From contig JBBIJY010000007.1 in assembly GCA_037445735.1 (NCBI GenBank), positions 32,001 through 96,000 on the forward strand: 64,000 bases of DNA. Direction: 5' to 3'. Every line of letters begins with the position of its first letter. Position 1 is the first letter of the stretch. The translations under genes and the position numbers were made by a program. The notes under the pieces are model-generated. The model was not told the DNA's origin and searched no databases. It saw only the letters and a list, made by a program, of their open reading frames with translations. Shown here piece after piece: positions 1 to 12,783 of this stretch. This DNA comes from Armatimonadota bacterium. GTDB taxonomy: Bacteria; Armatimonadota; Fimbriimonadia; Fimbriimonadales; GBS-DC.

Positions 1-894
1 GGCGTCGACTGGATCGCGCTCTCATTCGTGCGCAGCGCCGCCGATGTGCTGAACCTGCAGGCGCTTATCAGGGAACATGGCGCCGACACACCCGTGATTG
101 CCAAGATTGAGCAGCGGGCGGCGCTGGACGATCTGGAGGCGATTGTCGAGGTTGCCGACGGCATCATGGTGGCGCGGGGTGACCTCGGCTTGCAGGTCGA
201 TCTGGCGGAGGTGCCTGCCCTGCAGAAGCGCATCATTCGGCTCTGTAATGCACACGCCAAGCCCGTCATCACCGCCACGCAGATGCTGGAGAGCATGATT
301 CACGAGGCTCGCCCCACCCGCGCGGAGGTCACGGATGTGGCGAACGCGGTGCTGGACGGCACTGACGCGCTGATGCTCTCAGGCGAGACGGCGATTGGCG
401 CGTTCCCTGTGCAGGCGGTGCGCTGGATGGCGCGAATCGCCGAGCATGCCGAGCGCGAGCTGTTTCGGCAGGGCGCGAATCGCGGGGCAATGCAACCCGT
501 GCCCGACCCGGAGCCGTCCCATCCGCACATCACCACCGAAGCCGTGGCGCGTGCAGCCTGTCTGGTGGCGCAGATGGTCGGCGCGAAGGCGATCCTGACC
601 CCCACCACATCGGGCGGCACGCCACGCTGGGTGTCCCACTTCCGTCCCGAACAGCCCATCCTGGCGCTCACGCACAGCGAGAGAGTGTGGCGGCGGCTCG
701 CTCTGCTGTGGGGCGTCGCGCCGCTGCGAATCCCGCAGGTCTCCAGCACGGACGAGATGACCGCGCAGGCGCTGATTGCTGCCCGCCAGACGCGCCTGGT
801 GCGGGGCGGCGACCGCCTGGTGCTGACCGCCGGCGTGCCCGTGAATGTGCCCGGCAACACCAACATGATTCAGGTGCTGACTGTGGAACGGTGA
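1..894 (+). CDS. pyk: Pyruvate kinase (5' truncated by window edge)
   Basis: IAKIE, IMVARGDLG, ATQMLESM, PTRAEVTDVANA, MLSGETA motifs. Confidence 0.97.
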   Translation, partial: GVDWIALSFVRSAADVLNLQALIREHGADTPVIAKIEQRAALDDLEAIVEVADGIMVARGDLGLQVDLAEVPALQKRIIRLCNAHAKPVITATQMLESMIHEARPTRAEVTDVANAVLDGTDALMLSGETAIGAFPVQAVRWMARIAEHAERELFRQGANRGAMQPVPDPEPSHPHITTEAVARAACLVAQMVGAKAILTPTTSGGTPRWVSHFRPEQPILALTHSERVWRRLALLWGVAPLRIPQVSSTDEMTAQALIAARQTRLVRGGDRLVLTAGVPVNVPGNTNMIQVLTVER

Positions 895-918
895 AACATC
901 CCACATGAAGAGGGCTTT

Positions 919-1364
919 TTATGAGATTGCTGCATCCAGCACGGTAATAATATCGATGCACCGCTGGAAGTCCTGAGTATTATAAAGTGAGCAGATAGCG
1001 CACCTCGTGTGCCAGCATTGTGGCGACCAATCGCGCATCGTGAACTTGCTTGCCTTGAATCCTGCGTGTGGATGCCAGATAAAACCAGATATAAGCAACA
1101 ACACCATCGCCATCCAGTAATTCCACGCTGTCCAGCAGTTCAAGCAGGTAGCCTGCCACATCCTGAACATTCCAGCCGAATCCATTAGCGCTAATGGGGC
1201 GTGTGGCAACATTCCAGAACTCGATAACAACCTGCAGCGCCAAGCAAGGTATCAGTTGGCGCTCCCTCAGGTTTTTGAATCGCAGCGACGGCTGATTGGT
1301 GAAGGGGGTCAGCAGCATTGGCAAGCCGCAACAGCACATTCGTATCAAGCAAGCATCTCTCCAT
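919..1364 (-). pseudogene. PIN-domain (VapC-like) toxin with two +1 frameshifts
   Basis: From ATG 1364: MERCLLDTNVLLR..; second frame ..VIEFWNVATRP..NGFG..HDARLVATM..LLT; third frame YNTQDF. Breaks at an A5 run (~1272-1276) and a T3 run (~984-986). Confidence 0.8.
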
Positions 1365-1651
1365 CAGTCGTACAGGTTCTCACGGCGTAAGGCTTCGTTA
1401 GAGAGCGCAGGTGCAGGCGGGCGCGGTTTGCTTGCCCACTCCAGAATGCTTGCAATCACTTCGTCGGGTGTCTTTTTGACAGTATCCAGCCCTGCTTCGG
1501 GCGAGCAGGCGTACTTCTGGCGCAGAATACCAATCAGCGTGTTCGCCTGTTCAGGCGCGTGCGCCAGCAAGCGCAGCAGCTCAGACAGCTCCTCTTCCGA
1601 AGCATTCCGCGCTATCGCTATCATCTCGCGTGCATCAACGGCGGTTATCAT
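1364..1651 (-). CDS. Putative antitoxin (VapB-like), 95 aa
   Basis: C-terminal LSNEALRRENLYD; TGATG overlap with the PIN gene; TGGTATAAT 9 nt upstream of the ATG. Confidence 0.7.
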   Translation of the reverse strand: MITAVDAREMIAIARNASEEELSELLRLLAHAPEQANTLIGILRQKYACSPEAGLDTVKKTPDEVIASILEWASKPRPPAPALSNEALRRENLYD

Positions 1652-1721
1652 CGCAGAGGTATTATACCATCCCTCTGGCGGAAGACAGCGAACCCCCATC
1701 GAACAGCCATAATTAAAGCCG

Positions 1722-2849
1722 ATGGTCTGTCCCAAGTGCTTTGCGGAGATACCTGATACGAGCGCGTTCTGCATGGAGTGCGGGGCGCGTCTGCGGGAGG
1801 ACACAATTGACCCGCTGTATGCCGAAGGCTCCGATCGGGAGGTGTACCCCGAAATCGCGCGGGCGAACCTGCTGCGCATGAAGGGCGAGTACGAGGCGGC
1901 GATCGAAGTCTGTCTGGGCATTCTGCGCCGCTACCCCAGCAACGAGACGGCGCACGCCCTGCTGGGCGATATCTATGCCGATCAGGGCAAGCTCGCCGAC
2001 GCTATCCAGTGGTACGAACTGCTGGTCGAACTGGCGCCCACCAGCGCGGTCTATCGGGCGAAGCTGGAGAATCTGCGTGCGTTGCAGGCGGCGCAGCAGG
2101 CGCAGCCAGTGATACCATCCCCAGCGATGCCGGCGAACACGGAGCCAGTGCGCCCGTCCACGCTGCGTGTGTGGGTCTACGCGCTGTTCGGTCTGCTCAT
2201 ATTGATTCTGATTGCGGCGGCGTTTGTGGCGGGGCAGCGGATGTCCTCCGCCAGCCTTGAGCCGTCAAGGGCTTCCGCTGCCAGTTCGGGCGGCATCCAG
2301 CCACCGCGCACGGCTCCTGATACAACAAACAACCTGCCAGGCATCCCGCCACCACCAGCCGAGCCATCCGACGCGCAGGGCAGCCATGAGCCGTCCAGTG
2401 CGCTCCTGCCCTTCTGTGGCATGGGCGAGACGGAGGAGCAGCTCGCACGGGCGGTCAGCCAGCAACTGGGCGGTCAGGCGGTCGCCTGCTTCTTTGAACC
2501 GCTGTTGAACCGCTGGACGGTGCGCACGCGCATTCAGGCGGGCGCGCTCACGCGGGCGCGCGTGATGCAACAGGCGTTGCTGGTCGCTGCTGCCACCTTC
2601 GCGCAGGCGCCCAGCCTGCAGAGCGCCACCGTCATCGTGCTGGTGCCGGGCACCGCTGGCTCCGACACCGCGCTCTTCTCCGCCGAGATCAGCCGCGCGA
2701 TGCTGCCGCCCGATGTGCGCACGCTCACCGACGCCCAGATCGAAACCCTCTTCCAGTCGACTCGCGTCTGGTGGAACCCCGCTGTGCCGCTGACCCCTGC
2801 TAATCCAGCAGGTCAGGCGCAGACGCCGTCGAATCCCTTCTCGCGATGA
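1722..2849 (+). CDS. Zinc-ribbon + TPR membrane-anchored protein
   Basis: CPKC..CMECG, TPR-like helices, one TM segment, Pro-rich linker. Confidence 0.8.
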   Translation: MVCPKCFAEIPDTSAFCMECGARLREDTIDPLYAEGSDREVYPEIARANLLRMKGEYEAAIEVCLGILRRYPSNETAHALLGDIYADQGKLADAIQWYELLVELAPTSAVYRAKLENLRALQAAQQAQPVIPSPAMPANTEPVRPSTLRVWVYALFGLLILILIAAAFVAGQRMSSASLEPSRASAASSGGIQPPRTAPDTTNNLPGIPPPPAEPSDAQGSHEPSSALLPFCGMGETEEQLARAVSQQLGGQAVACFFEPLLNRWTVRTRIQAGALTRARVMQQALLVAAATFAQAPSLQSATVIVLVPGTAGSDTALFSAEISRAMLPPDVRTLTDAQIETLFQSTRVWWNPAVPLTPANPAGQAQTPSNPFSR

Positions 2850-4273
2850 GCCAGTGGATTGCGCGGGTGCTGTTTGGAGCGGTTGTCGCGTTCGTTATTG
2901 GCAGCGCGATCTGGAACAACATCGTCACCAATCGGCTGATTGAGGAGGCGACGGGACGCGACATCGAGCGTCAGACGCGCGCACTCACGCTGCTATCGGA
3001 GCGGGAGGACTTTTTTGACCTTATTCAGTCGCGGCGCCCGCCCCGACGCCTGCGCGTGGCAATCGGCGTCGAGCGCATGAACAACCCGGTGGGCGTGAAG
3101 GTCGCGCTGGCGATGCTGCGCGACCCGGAGCCGCGCGTGCGCGACCGATTCCTGCAGGCTCTGCTCAAAATCGGCGGCGATAATCTCGACGCACTTGCCG
3201 AGGGGCTGAAGAACCCCGACGCGAATGTCAAAAACGGCACGGTGAAGGTGATGGTTCAGCTGGGCACGCGCTGTCTGCCCGTCGCGCTCAAGGCGTTCGA
3301 GAACAAAGATGCTCGTCAGGCTGCCGCCGAGGTGCTGGTGCAGTTCGATAGCGCGAGCGTGCCCGGCTTGCTCGCGATTCTGAACCGTGCAACCGACGAG
3401 GAATTGAAACTGGACGCGATTAACACGCTGGGACGCATCGGTGATCAGCGGGCGACCGACGCGCTTCTGCCCTACCTGAATCTGCCGCCTGAAAAGCGAC
3501 GAATTGTGCTGGTGGCGCTGGGCAGTATCGCGGACCCCCGCACGGAGCCGATACTGGTGGAGGCGTTGCGCTCGCCTGCGGAGGACCCCGATGCGCAGGC
3601 GCAGGTCGCGCTGGGGCTGGGACGAATCGCCACGCCAGGCGCCATTCGTGCGCTGGTTCAGGCGCTGGGCGACCCCGATCTGGAGGTGGCGGACGCCGCC
3701 GCGCAGGGGCTGCAGCAGGCAGGTGTGAAGGCGCTGGACGCCCTTGCCAGCGCGCTCGCCGATGAGCGGGTCGGTGTGCGCATGCGAGCGGTGGCGGCGT
3801 TGAGCGGCATTCGCGACCGACGCGCGGTGGAACTGCTGCAGCGGGCGTTGCGCGATAGCGACGCGCGGGTTCAACGCGCCGCCGCCGACGCGCTGGGCGA
3901 GAACGGTTTGCCCGAAGCCGTGCCGGTGCTGATCGAAGCGCTCGGCGCGGATGATGGCGGCGTCGCGCTCAGCGCCGTGCGCAGTCTAACCCGCATCGGT
4001 CAGTCGGCTATTCCTGCCCTGTTGAACATCCTGCGTGCCCCGCAGAACACCCAGCGAGCTTACTTCGCCGCGCTGGCGCTGAGCCAGATTCCAGAAGCCG
4101 AGCCTGCACTGCTCCGCGCGGCGCAACAGCCCGAAACGCGCCGATTCGCGCTGATCGCGCTCAAGGAGCGGCGCTCGCAAGCGGCTCGCCCCCTCTTTGA
4201 GGGGGCACAGCACAGCAACGATCCCGCCCTGCGCCAGATCGCGCGCGAGGCGCTGATGCAACTCTCGCCATGA
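2846..4273 (+). CDS. HEAT-repeat protein with N-terminal membrane anchor
   Basis: Repeated A..ALG.I.D..A...L..AL.D units; ATGA overlap with the upstream gene. Confidence 0.85.
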   Translation: MSQWIARVLFGAVVAFVIGSAIWNNIVTNRLIEEATGRDIERQTRALTLLSEREDFFDLIQSRRPPRRLRVAIGVERMNNPVGVKVALAMLRDPEPRVRDRFLQALLKIGGDNLDALAEGLKNPDANVKNGTVKVMVQLGTRCLPVALKAFENKDARQAAAEVLVQFDSASVPGLLAILNRATDEELKLDAINTLGRIGDQRATDALLPYLNLPPEKRRIVLVALGSIADPRTEPILVEALRSPAEDPDAQAQVALGLGRIATPGAIRALVQALGDPDLEVADAAAQGLQQAGVKALDALASALADERVGVRMRAVAALSGIRDRRAVELLQRALRDSDARVQRAAADALGENGLPEAVPVLIEALGADDGGVALSAVRSLTRIGQSAIPALLNILRAPQNTQRAYFAALALSQIPEAEPALLRAAQQPETRRFALIALKERRSQAARPLFEGAQHSNDPALRQIAREALMQLSP

Positions 4274-4617
4274 AACCCGCTCGCGACTGGCTGGGGCGAC
4301 TGCTTTCCATCGCCGTGTTTTTGACGGGCATCGTGTTGATGCTGATCGCCTTCTGGCTCGCCTATCGCATGTTCCAGACGCCGCCCCAGCGACTGTTCCA
4401 GAGCGCAGGCGGCAGCAATCCGAACCTGAACGCAATAGCGACGGGCATCTGGGCAGCCCTGCGCGGCATCCTGCTGCTGGTGCTGATGGCAATCGTGGGC
4501 GGCATGGTCGCCAATCGGGGGATCAACCTCTACCTCGCCGTCCGCCGCGCCGAGTATGAAGAAATGAATGCCCGCACCCCCCTCGCCCCTGCTTCCGGCA
4601 GCGAAGAGAAGAAATAA
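4270..4617 (+). CDS. Small two-TM membrane protein
   Basis: Two hydrophobic helices; ATGA overlap. Confidence 0.7.
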   Translation: MKPARDWLGRLLSIAVFLTGIVLMLIAFWLAYRMFQTPPQRLFQSAGGSNPNLNAIATGIWAALRGILLLVLMAIVGGMVANRGINLYLAVRRAEYEEMNARTPLAPASGSEEKK

Positions 4618-4624
4618 GCACCGA

Positions 4625-4867
4625 TCACGGTGCAGGTATCTGCACAGCATCCAGCAGGTGAATCGCCTTGTGAAGTTGCAGCAGGAGGGTGAACCGTATG
4701 CCTTCTGGTGTCAGATAGACCTGATTGCCCACCCGTGCAAGCAAACCGAGTTGCGCAGCATACTCAACATACATGCGCGTTGCATCGCAGCGCGTCTTGG
4801 TTTGCCTCCAGCGAAGCCGATTGCCCACTGACAGTGTGAAATACTCACGCAGGGTCTCCAGCGGCAC
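4625..4867 (-). pseudogene. Probable gene remnant (winged-helix-like C-terminal fragment)
   Basis: 80-aa ORF with LGLL..VGNQVYLTPEG (helix-wing-like); weak start; more AT-rich than its neighbours. Confidence 0.35.
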
Positions 4868-4952
4868 AGGGTAGCTGTTACGAGCGAGAGTCAGCCTCTT
4901 TTACCGTATGTCCGCGCTGGAGTGTACCCGAAAAAGGTATACTCCATTCATC

Positions 4953-6317
4953 ATGGCGAAGCGGGGCACGGTGCGGCTGATCACGCTCGGCTGTGCCAAG
5001 AACGAGGTCGATTCGGAAGAGATTGCGGGCGTGCTGCAGCAGGCGGGCTATCAGCTTGATGCCCGCACGCGCACGCCCGATATGATTATCATCAACACCT
5101 GTGGCTTCATCGAACCTGCCAGGCAGGAGAGCCTGCAGGCGATTCGGGAAGCCCTGCGCGAGAAGCGGGCGGGCAACACGCAGAAGGTGATTGTCGCTGG
5201 CTGCCTGGTTCAGCGGATGGGCGACGCGCTGCGCCAGATGCTGCCTGAAGTGGACGCCTTTGTGGGCGTGGGGCAGATGGCACGCTTCGCCGAGATTGTC
5301 AGCACCGTGTCGCAACGGCGCGAGGCGACCCCGCTGATGGACATCCAGCCGCCGCACCACCGCTGGGCAGAGGTCACCACCCGCCTGCGCAGCCGAACCC
5401 CATGGTCCGCCTACCTCAAAATCTCCGAAGGCTGCGACCACCGCTGCACCTTCTGCACCATTCCGTCGTTTCGCGGGCGGCATGTGAGCAAGCCCATCGA
5501 GCGCGTGCTGGAAGAGGCGCGCTGGCTCGCCCAGAACGGCGCCAGAGAGATCAATCTCATCGCGCAGGACACCACGCAGTATGGCTATGACCTCTATCGC
5601 CGCTTCATGCTGCCCACCCTGTTGCACGAGCTGGCGCAGGTGGAGGGCATCCGCTGGATTCGGATTCACTACGCCTATCCATCGCGTGTGTCGGACGCGC
5701 TGATTGAAACGATGGCGAGCCTGCCGCAGGTTGTGCCCTATCTGGATGTGCCGCTTCAGCATGTGAACCGCGCGATTCTGCGGGCGATGCGCCGCCCGGG
5801 CGATGGCGCAACTTATTTGCGCATGGTGGAGCGTCTGCGCACGGCGATGCCCGATATCGCCATCCGCACCACCTTCATCGTCGGCTTTCCGGGCGAGACC
5901 GAAGCGCAGTTTCAGGAACTGCTCGATTTTCTGTATGAGGCGCGGTTGGACCGCGTGGGCGCGTTCATCTATTCGCGGGAGAAGGGCACTCCCGCTGCTG
6001 AGATGCCTGACCAGGTGCCGTTTCGGGTCAAGCGTGAGCGGTTTGACCGCCTGATGCGCGCCCAGCAGCCCATCTCGCTGGCGCGTAATCGCGAATGGGT
6101 CGGCAGGGAGATGCTCGTGCTGATAGAGGGCTACTCTGCAGAGGGCGCGTATGCCGTCGGGCGCAGCCACCGCGACGCGCCCGAAGTGGATGGGCTGGTC
6201 TATGTGCGCGACTGCACCGCCGCGCCCGGCGACTTTATCAGCGTGCGCATCGAGCGCGCCGATGTGTATGACCTGTTCGGCGTCCCTTCGGGTATACTCT
6301 CCCCATCGGAGGCTTAA
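4953..6317 (+). CDS. rimO: Ribosomal protein S12 methylthiotransferase
   Basis: LGCAKNEVDSE, INTCGFIE, CxxxCxxC (CDHRCTFC), APEVDG TRAM domain. Confidence 0.95.
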   Translation: MAKRGTVRLITLGCAKNEVDSEEIAGVLQQAGYQLDARTRTPDMIIINTCGFIEPARQESLQAIREALREKRAGNTQKVIVAGCLVQRMGDALRQMLPEVDAFVGVGQMARFAEIVSTVSQRREATPLMDIQPPHHRWAEVTTRLRSRTPWSAYLKISEGCDHRCTFCTIPSFRGRHVSKPIERVLEEARWLAQNGAREINLIAQDTTQYGYDLYRRFMLPTLLHELAQVEGIRWIRIHYAYPSRVSDALIETMASLPQVVPYLDVPLQHVNRAILRAMRRPGDGATYLRMVERLRTAMPDIAIRTTFIVGFPGETEAQFQELLDFLYEARLDRVGAFIYSREKGTPAAEMPDQVPFRVKRERFDRLMRAQQPISLARNREWVGREMLVLIEGYSAEGAYAVGRSHRDAPEVDGLVYVRDCTAAPGDFISVRIERADVYDLFGVPSGILSPSEA

Positions 6318-6318
6318 A

Positions 6319-6765
6319 ATGGCAAACGAAGCGAACTTTCTGGACGATCCGCGCCCGGAAGGGCGCCAGCCGATCCCGCCCGGTCATATCCCCCTGCTGG
6401 AAGCCATCTTCTCGCAGACGCCCGAAGTGGAGATGGTGCTGGCGTTCACCGTGCGCGCGGAAGGCGTGATGCAGAGCGACGCTACCTTCGGCATCTGGCT
6501 ACGCGAAGATTTGACCCACGAGGATAAGATCGAGACCATGCGTCAGCTGGCGCAGGCGTTCCATGTGATTGTGGAGCCGAACTACTATCTCGATCTGATG
6601 CTGGTCAGCCCGCGCGACCGTGCGCTGTGGCAGATGGCGGTGGAGAACGGCGACATCATCTATGTGCGGGAGGAGGAAGAAGTGGCGCAGCAACTGCAGC
6701 AGATTTTCCAGCAGCCGCCGATAAGCGACGACGAACGCGATATCGAGGTGATGCGGGTGCTTTAG
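6319..6765 (+). CDS. Hypothetical protein with degenerate minimal-nucleotidyltransferase (MntA-like) pattern
   Basis: GGAGG RBS; VLAFTVRAEG..SDATFGIWL..LDLMLV..AVENGDIIYVRE parallels the MNT layout. Confidence 0.55.
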   Translation: MANEANFLDDPRPEGRQPIPPGHIPLLEAIFSQTPEVEMVLAFTVRAEGVMQSDATFGIWLREDLTHEDKIETMRQLAQAFHVIVEPNYYLDLMLVSPRDRALWQMAVENGDIIYVREEEEVAQQLQQIFQQPPISDDERDIEVMRVL

Positions 6766-6774
6766 CGCCTGCGC

Positions 6775-9198
6775 CTACAGCAGGCTCACAGGGTCGATAT
6801 CGACGGTCAGGCTCGCGCGCTCGCGCGGTTCGAGCGGGTTCAGCGCCTCCCGCAAGCTCGCTGCCGGCTGGCTCTGAGGTGTCAGCTTCAGCAGCAGGTG
6901 ATAGCGGTAGCGCCCCTGCAGGCGTTCGAGCGGCGCGGGCGCGGGTCCCAGCATCTGGATGAGGCTCTCGCCCATCACCTGCGGCAGGCTTGCCCTTAAA
7001 CGCTGAAGCAGCTGGAACGCCCGCTCCGGGTTCGCATCCTGCGCCAGAAGGTTCACCAGTCGGCAAAAAGGGGGATAGAGCGGCTCACGGCGCAGCGGCA
7101 GCTCCTGCTGATAGAACGCCTCATAATCGTGCGTGCGGGCGCAACGAACAGCGTGATGGTCCGGATTAAAGGTCTGAATCAGCGTGCGTCCCTGCTGTTC
7201 GCGTCGCCCTGCCCGCCCCGCGACCTGGGTGAGCAGCTGGAAGGTGCGCTCGGCGGCGCGGAAGTCAGGCAGATGGAGCGCGGTATCCGCGTTCAGCACG
7301 CCCACCAGCATCACACGCGGGAAGTCCAGCCCGCGCGCCACCATCTGCGTGCCGATCAGCGCATCGAGCTCGCCTGCCCGAAACGCCTGCAACAGTTGCA
7401 AATAGAGGTCGCGACGGCTCAACACATCGCGATCCAGCCGCGCCACGCGCAAATGGGGCAGCAGCTCTTTGAGTGTCATCTCCACGCGCTGGGTGCCGAT
7501 GCCATAGGGCACAAGGCGCGTGCCGCCACAGTTGGGGCACAGGCGCGGCGCGGCCACCCGCGCGTTGCAGTGATGACAGCGCAGCCCACGCTCGACCGCC
7601 ACATGATAGGTCAGCGACACGGCGCACCGCTCACACTTCGGCACGAAGCCACACTCCCGACAGAGCAGCATCGGGGCGAACCCGCGCCGATTGAGGAACA
7701 GGATTACCTGCTGCCCGCGCGCGACCGTCTCCCGAATCGCTTCAAGCAAGGCGGGGCTGATGGTCGTGCGGGGCTGCCCGCGCAGATCAATCAGCGACAC
7801 TTCGGGCAGCGGCGTGCCACCAATGCGTTCAGGCAGATGCAGCAGCTGGAGCGCACCCTGCTGGGCGCGATAGAAGGTCTCGCAGGCGGGCGTCGCACTG
7901 CCCAGAAGCAGCACCGCCTGCTCCGTTTGCGCCCGCGCTTCCGCCAGCAGACGCGCGTGATAGAGCGGCGACTGCTGCTGTTTATAGGCGGGTTCATGCT
8001 CCTCGTCCAGAATGATGAGTCCGACGCGGCGCAGGGGCGCGAACAGGGCGGAGCGTGCGCCCACCACAATCGGCGCCTGACCGTTCCGCACGCGCAACCA
8101 CTGTGCATATCGCTCCGACGGGTTCAGCTGGCTATGCAGCACGGCGACCGCGTTCCCGAACCGCTCGCGGAAGGCGGCAGTCAACTGCGCCGTGAGCGCG
8201 ATTTCGGGCACTAAAAACAGCACCGTGCGCCCCGCGCGCAGGGTCATCGCCGCCGCCTGCAGGTAAACCTCCGTCTTGCCGCTGCCCGTTACCCCGTAGA
8301 GCAGAAACGCCCGATAGCTGCCCGATTCGATGGCGTGCCGCAGAGTCTGCAGAACCGCCTGCTGATGGGGCGTCGGTGTGGGGATGGCGGGTTCCGCGCA
8401 TGGGCGGAGGTCTGGCTCCGTGCGATGCGCGATTCGGCGCACCAGCCCGCGCGATTCGAGCATGCGCAGGCTGTTCGCGCTGGCGCCCGTCTGCTCCAGC
8501 AGCTCGCGCACGGGCATCCGCCCTTCAGGGTGCAGCAGCAGGCGTGTCAGCAGGGCACTTTGCACCCTTGCGCGGTTCGCCTCCTGCCGAAAAAATTGCT
8601 CTAACTGCTCTGGGGTCGCATTAAGCGTGATCCAGGCTTCGTCGCGGGAAGGCGCCGGTGGGGGTTGCAGCTCATAGAGCATACGTACGATCCCCTTCTG
8701 GCGCAGGGCAGGTAATCCGCTGTTGAGAATGGGCGCGGCGAGCCGCCGCCTGAGCGCGTGCAGGCTCAATCGTCCGCCCGCCGCCCGCAGCGCATCGACC
8801 ACCATGCGCTGATTGACCGAGCGCAGGGGTGGCACGGGTTCGACCAATTCAACGATGGCGTGTAGATGGGCGCGGGCGAGCGCGGGCAGCACCGTCTGAA
8901 CCGCTTCGGCAGGCGAGCAGAGCGCGTTCTCCTGCAGCTGGCGGGCGAGCTGCATCAGCCCGCTATCCAGCAGGGGCTGATCCAGCACGCACTCGATGGG
9001 TTTAAGCTGTTCGGCGGGCAGGCTCGGCTCGCCGTCGTACAGACGCCAGATGACGCCCAGCGCCATGCGCCCGCCGAGCGGCACCATCACGCCCGCGCCC
9101 GCATGCAAGCCGTGCGTGAGCGATTCGGGCACCGTGTAGGTGAAAGCGGTGTAGCCCGCGCTGCCGCCCGCAAACACAATCACATCCGCCAGCCTCAT
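6775..9198 (-). CDS. priA: Primosomal protein N' (replication restart helicase)
   Basis: GVTGSGKTEVY, LVPEIALT, DEEHE, four CxxC Zn motifs, QVAGRAGR. Confidence 0.97.
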   Translation of the reverse strand: MRLADVIVFAGGSAGYTAFTYTVPESLTHGLHAGAGVMVPLGGRMALGVIWRLYDGEPSLPAEQLKPIECVLDQPLLDSGLMQLARQLQENALCSPAEAVQTVLPALARAHLHAIVELVEPVPPLRSVNQRMVVDALRAAGGRLSLHALRRRLAAPILNSGLPALRQKGIVRMLYELQPPPAPSRDEAWITLNATPEQLEQFFRQEANRARVQSALLTRLLLHPEGRMPVRELLEQTGASANSLRMLESRGLVRRIAHRTEPDLRPCAEPAIPTPTPHQQAVLQTLRHAIESGSYRAFLLYGVTGSGKTEVYLQAAAMTLRAGRTVLFLVPEIALTAQLTAAFRERFGNAVAVLHSQLNPSERYAQWLRVRNGQAPIVVGARSALFAPLRRVGLIILDEEHEPAYKQQQSPLYHARLLAEARAQTEQAVLLLGSATPACETFYRAQQGALQLLHLPERIGGTPLPEVSLIDLRGQPRTTISPALLEAIRETVARGQQVILFLNRRGFAPMLLCRECGFVPKCERCAVSLTYHVAVERGLRCHHCNARVAAPRLCPNCGGTRLVPYGIGTQRVEMTLKELLPHLRVARLDRDVLSRRDLYLQLLQAFRAGELDALIGTQMVARGLDFPRVMLVGVLNADTALHLPDFRAAERTFQLLTQVAGRAGRREQQGRTLIQTFNPDHHAVRCARTHDYEAFYQQELPLRREPLYPPFCRLVNLLAQDANPERAFQLLQRLRASLPQVMGESLIQMLGPAPAPLERLQGRYRYHLLLKLTPQSQPAASLREALNPLEPRERASLTVDIDPVSLL

Positions 9199-9281
9199 CG
9201 CGCGCCCACCCCTACACTTTACCCGCTGGCACGGGAGAGGGGCAGGATGCTCCCTCACCTCAGAGGGAAATCAGTTTTTGT

Positions 9282-11741
<2,460 letters not shown>

Positions 11742-11862
11742 AGTGTGCCACCTCTTAATACGCTCGGTTCGGGCGTCGCGGTTTCCCGCGCGGCTCCCTG
11801 CCACCCCCGCTCAGTCCCTGCACGCCGTCAGATTCAACGCAGGTCGCCCACCCTCCTGCCCT

Positions 11863-12189
11863 CTACTCCCTCACAACGCGATTCGCACGGAACCGCTCAC
11901 TGAGCCAACGCAGCGCGTCTTTGAGTTCATCGGGCAGCGCATCGAGGCGATAGGGCTTGACCTCCATCAGCGGCTCGTAATCGCCCAGCGGACGCAAGGT
12001 GGAGTTAAAGGGGAGCTGCACGGTATGTCTCCCTTCAATCTCCACCTTGAGGGTGGCGGGCTTGAAGCGAACGGGCAACAGCGAAAACTCCCGCTGGATC
12101 CCCTGCTTCTCAAGCGAGGCGATCTGGTACGCCAGATGGGCGAGGCTGACGAAGCCACCCCAGACCCCTGCCTGCCGATAGAGAAACAC
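11863..12189 (-). CDS. Hypothetical protein (5' part possibly lost by a frameshift near 12190)
   Basis: 108-aa ORF in the same orientation as dut and lon; a signal-like MRCARRIGIAAG.. sequence lies upstream in another frame. Confidence 0.4.
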   Translation of the reverse strand: MFLYRQAGVWGGFVSLAHLAYQIASLEKQGIQREFSLLPVRFKPATLKVEIEGRHTVQLPFNSTLRPLGDYEPLMEVKPYRLDALPDELKDALRWLSERFRANRVVRE

Positions 12190-12333
12190 CCCATAGCGGA
12201 TTATCTCTTAGCGCGCAGGCAACTGTCCAGCACAGGCAAGCGCCAGCAGCGATTCCTATGCGTCGGGCACATCGCATTGCAATCACCTCGTAGCGGATTC
12301 TTTCGCGGTAGTGAAGGGGTGTCCTGCCATTTT

Positions 12334-12783
12334 TCAGCGTCCGGTGTGCCCGAATCCGCCCTCGCCGCGCTCGGTGGGGGGTAGCTGCTCGGTTTCGTCC
12401 CACTCGATTCGGGCGACGGGCGCGACCACCAGCTGGGCGATGCGGTCGCCCCGGCGGATGGTGAACGGCTCGCTGCCCCAGTTGATGAGGATCACGCCGA
12501 TCTCGCCCCGATAGTCGCTGTCGATGGTGCCAGGGCTGTTGACCATGCCGATGCCGTGCTGGAGCGCCAGCCCGCTGCGGGGTCGCACCTGCGCCTCGTA
12601 GCCCGGCGGGAGCGCGATATGTATCCCCGTGGGGATCAGCCGCCGCTCGCCTGGCATCAGCACCACAGGCTCATCGACAGCGGCATATAGATCGACCCCT
12701 GCCGAGCCGGAGGTGCGATAACCCGGCAGGGGCAGGTCGCGCGCCGCTGGCGAACGCCAGATGGCGACACGAACACGGCTCAT
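12334..12783 (-). CDS. dut: dUTP diphosphatase
   Basis: [32 protein letters not shown]. Confidence 0.97.
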   Translation of the reverse strand: MSRVRVAIWRSPAARDLPLPGYRTSGSAGVDLYAAVDEPVVLMPGERRLIPTGIHIALPPGYEAQVRPRSGLALQHGIGMVNSPGTIDSDYRGEIGVILINWGSEPFTIRRGDRIAQLVVAPVARIEWDETEQLPPTERGEGGFGHTGR

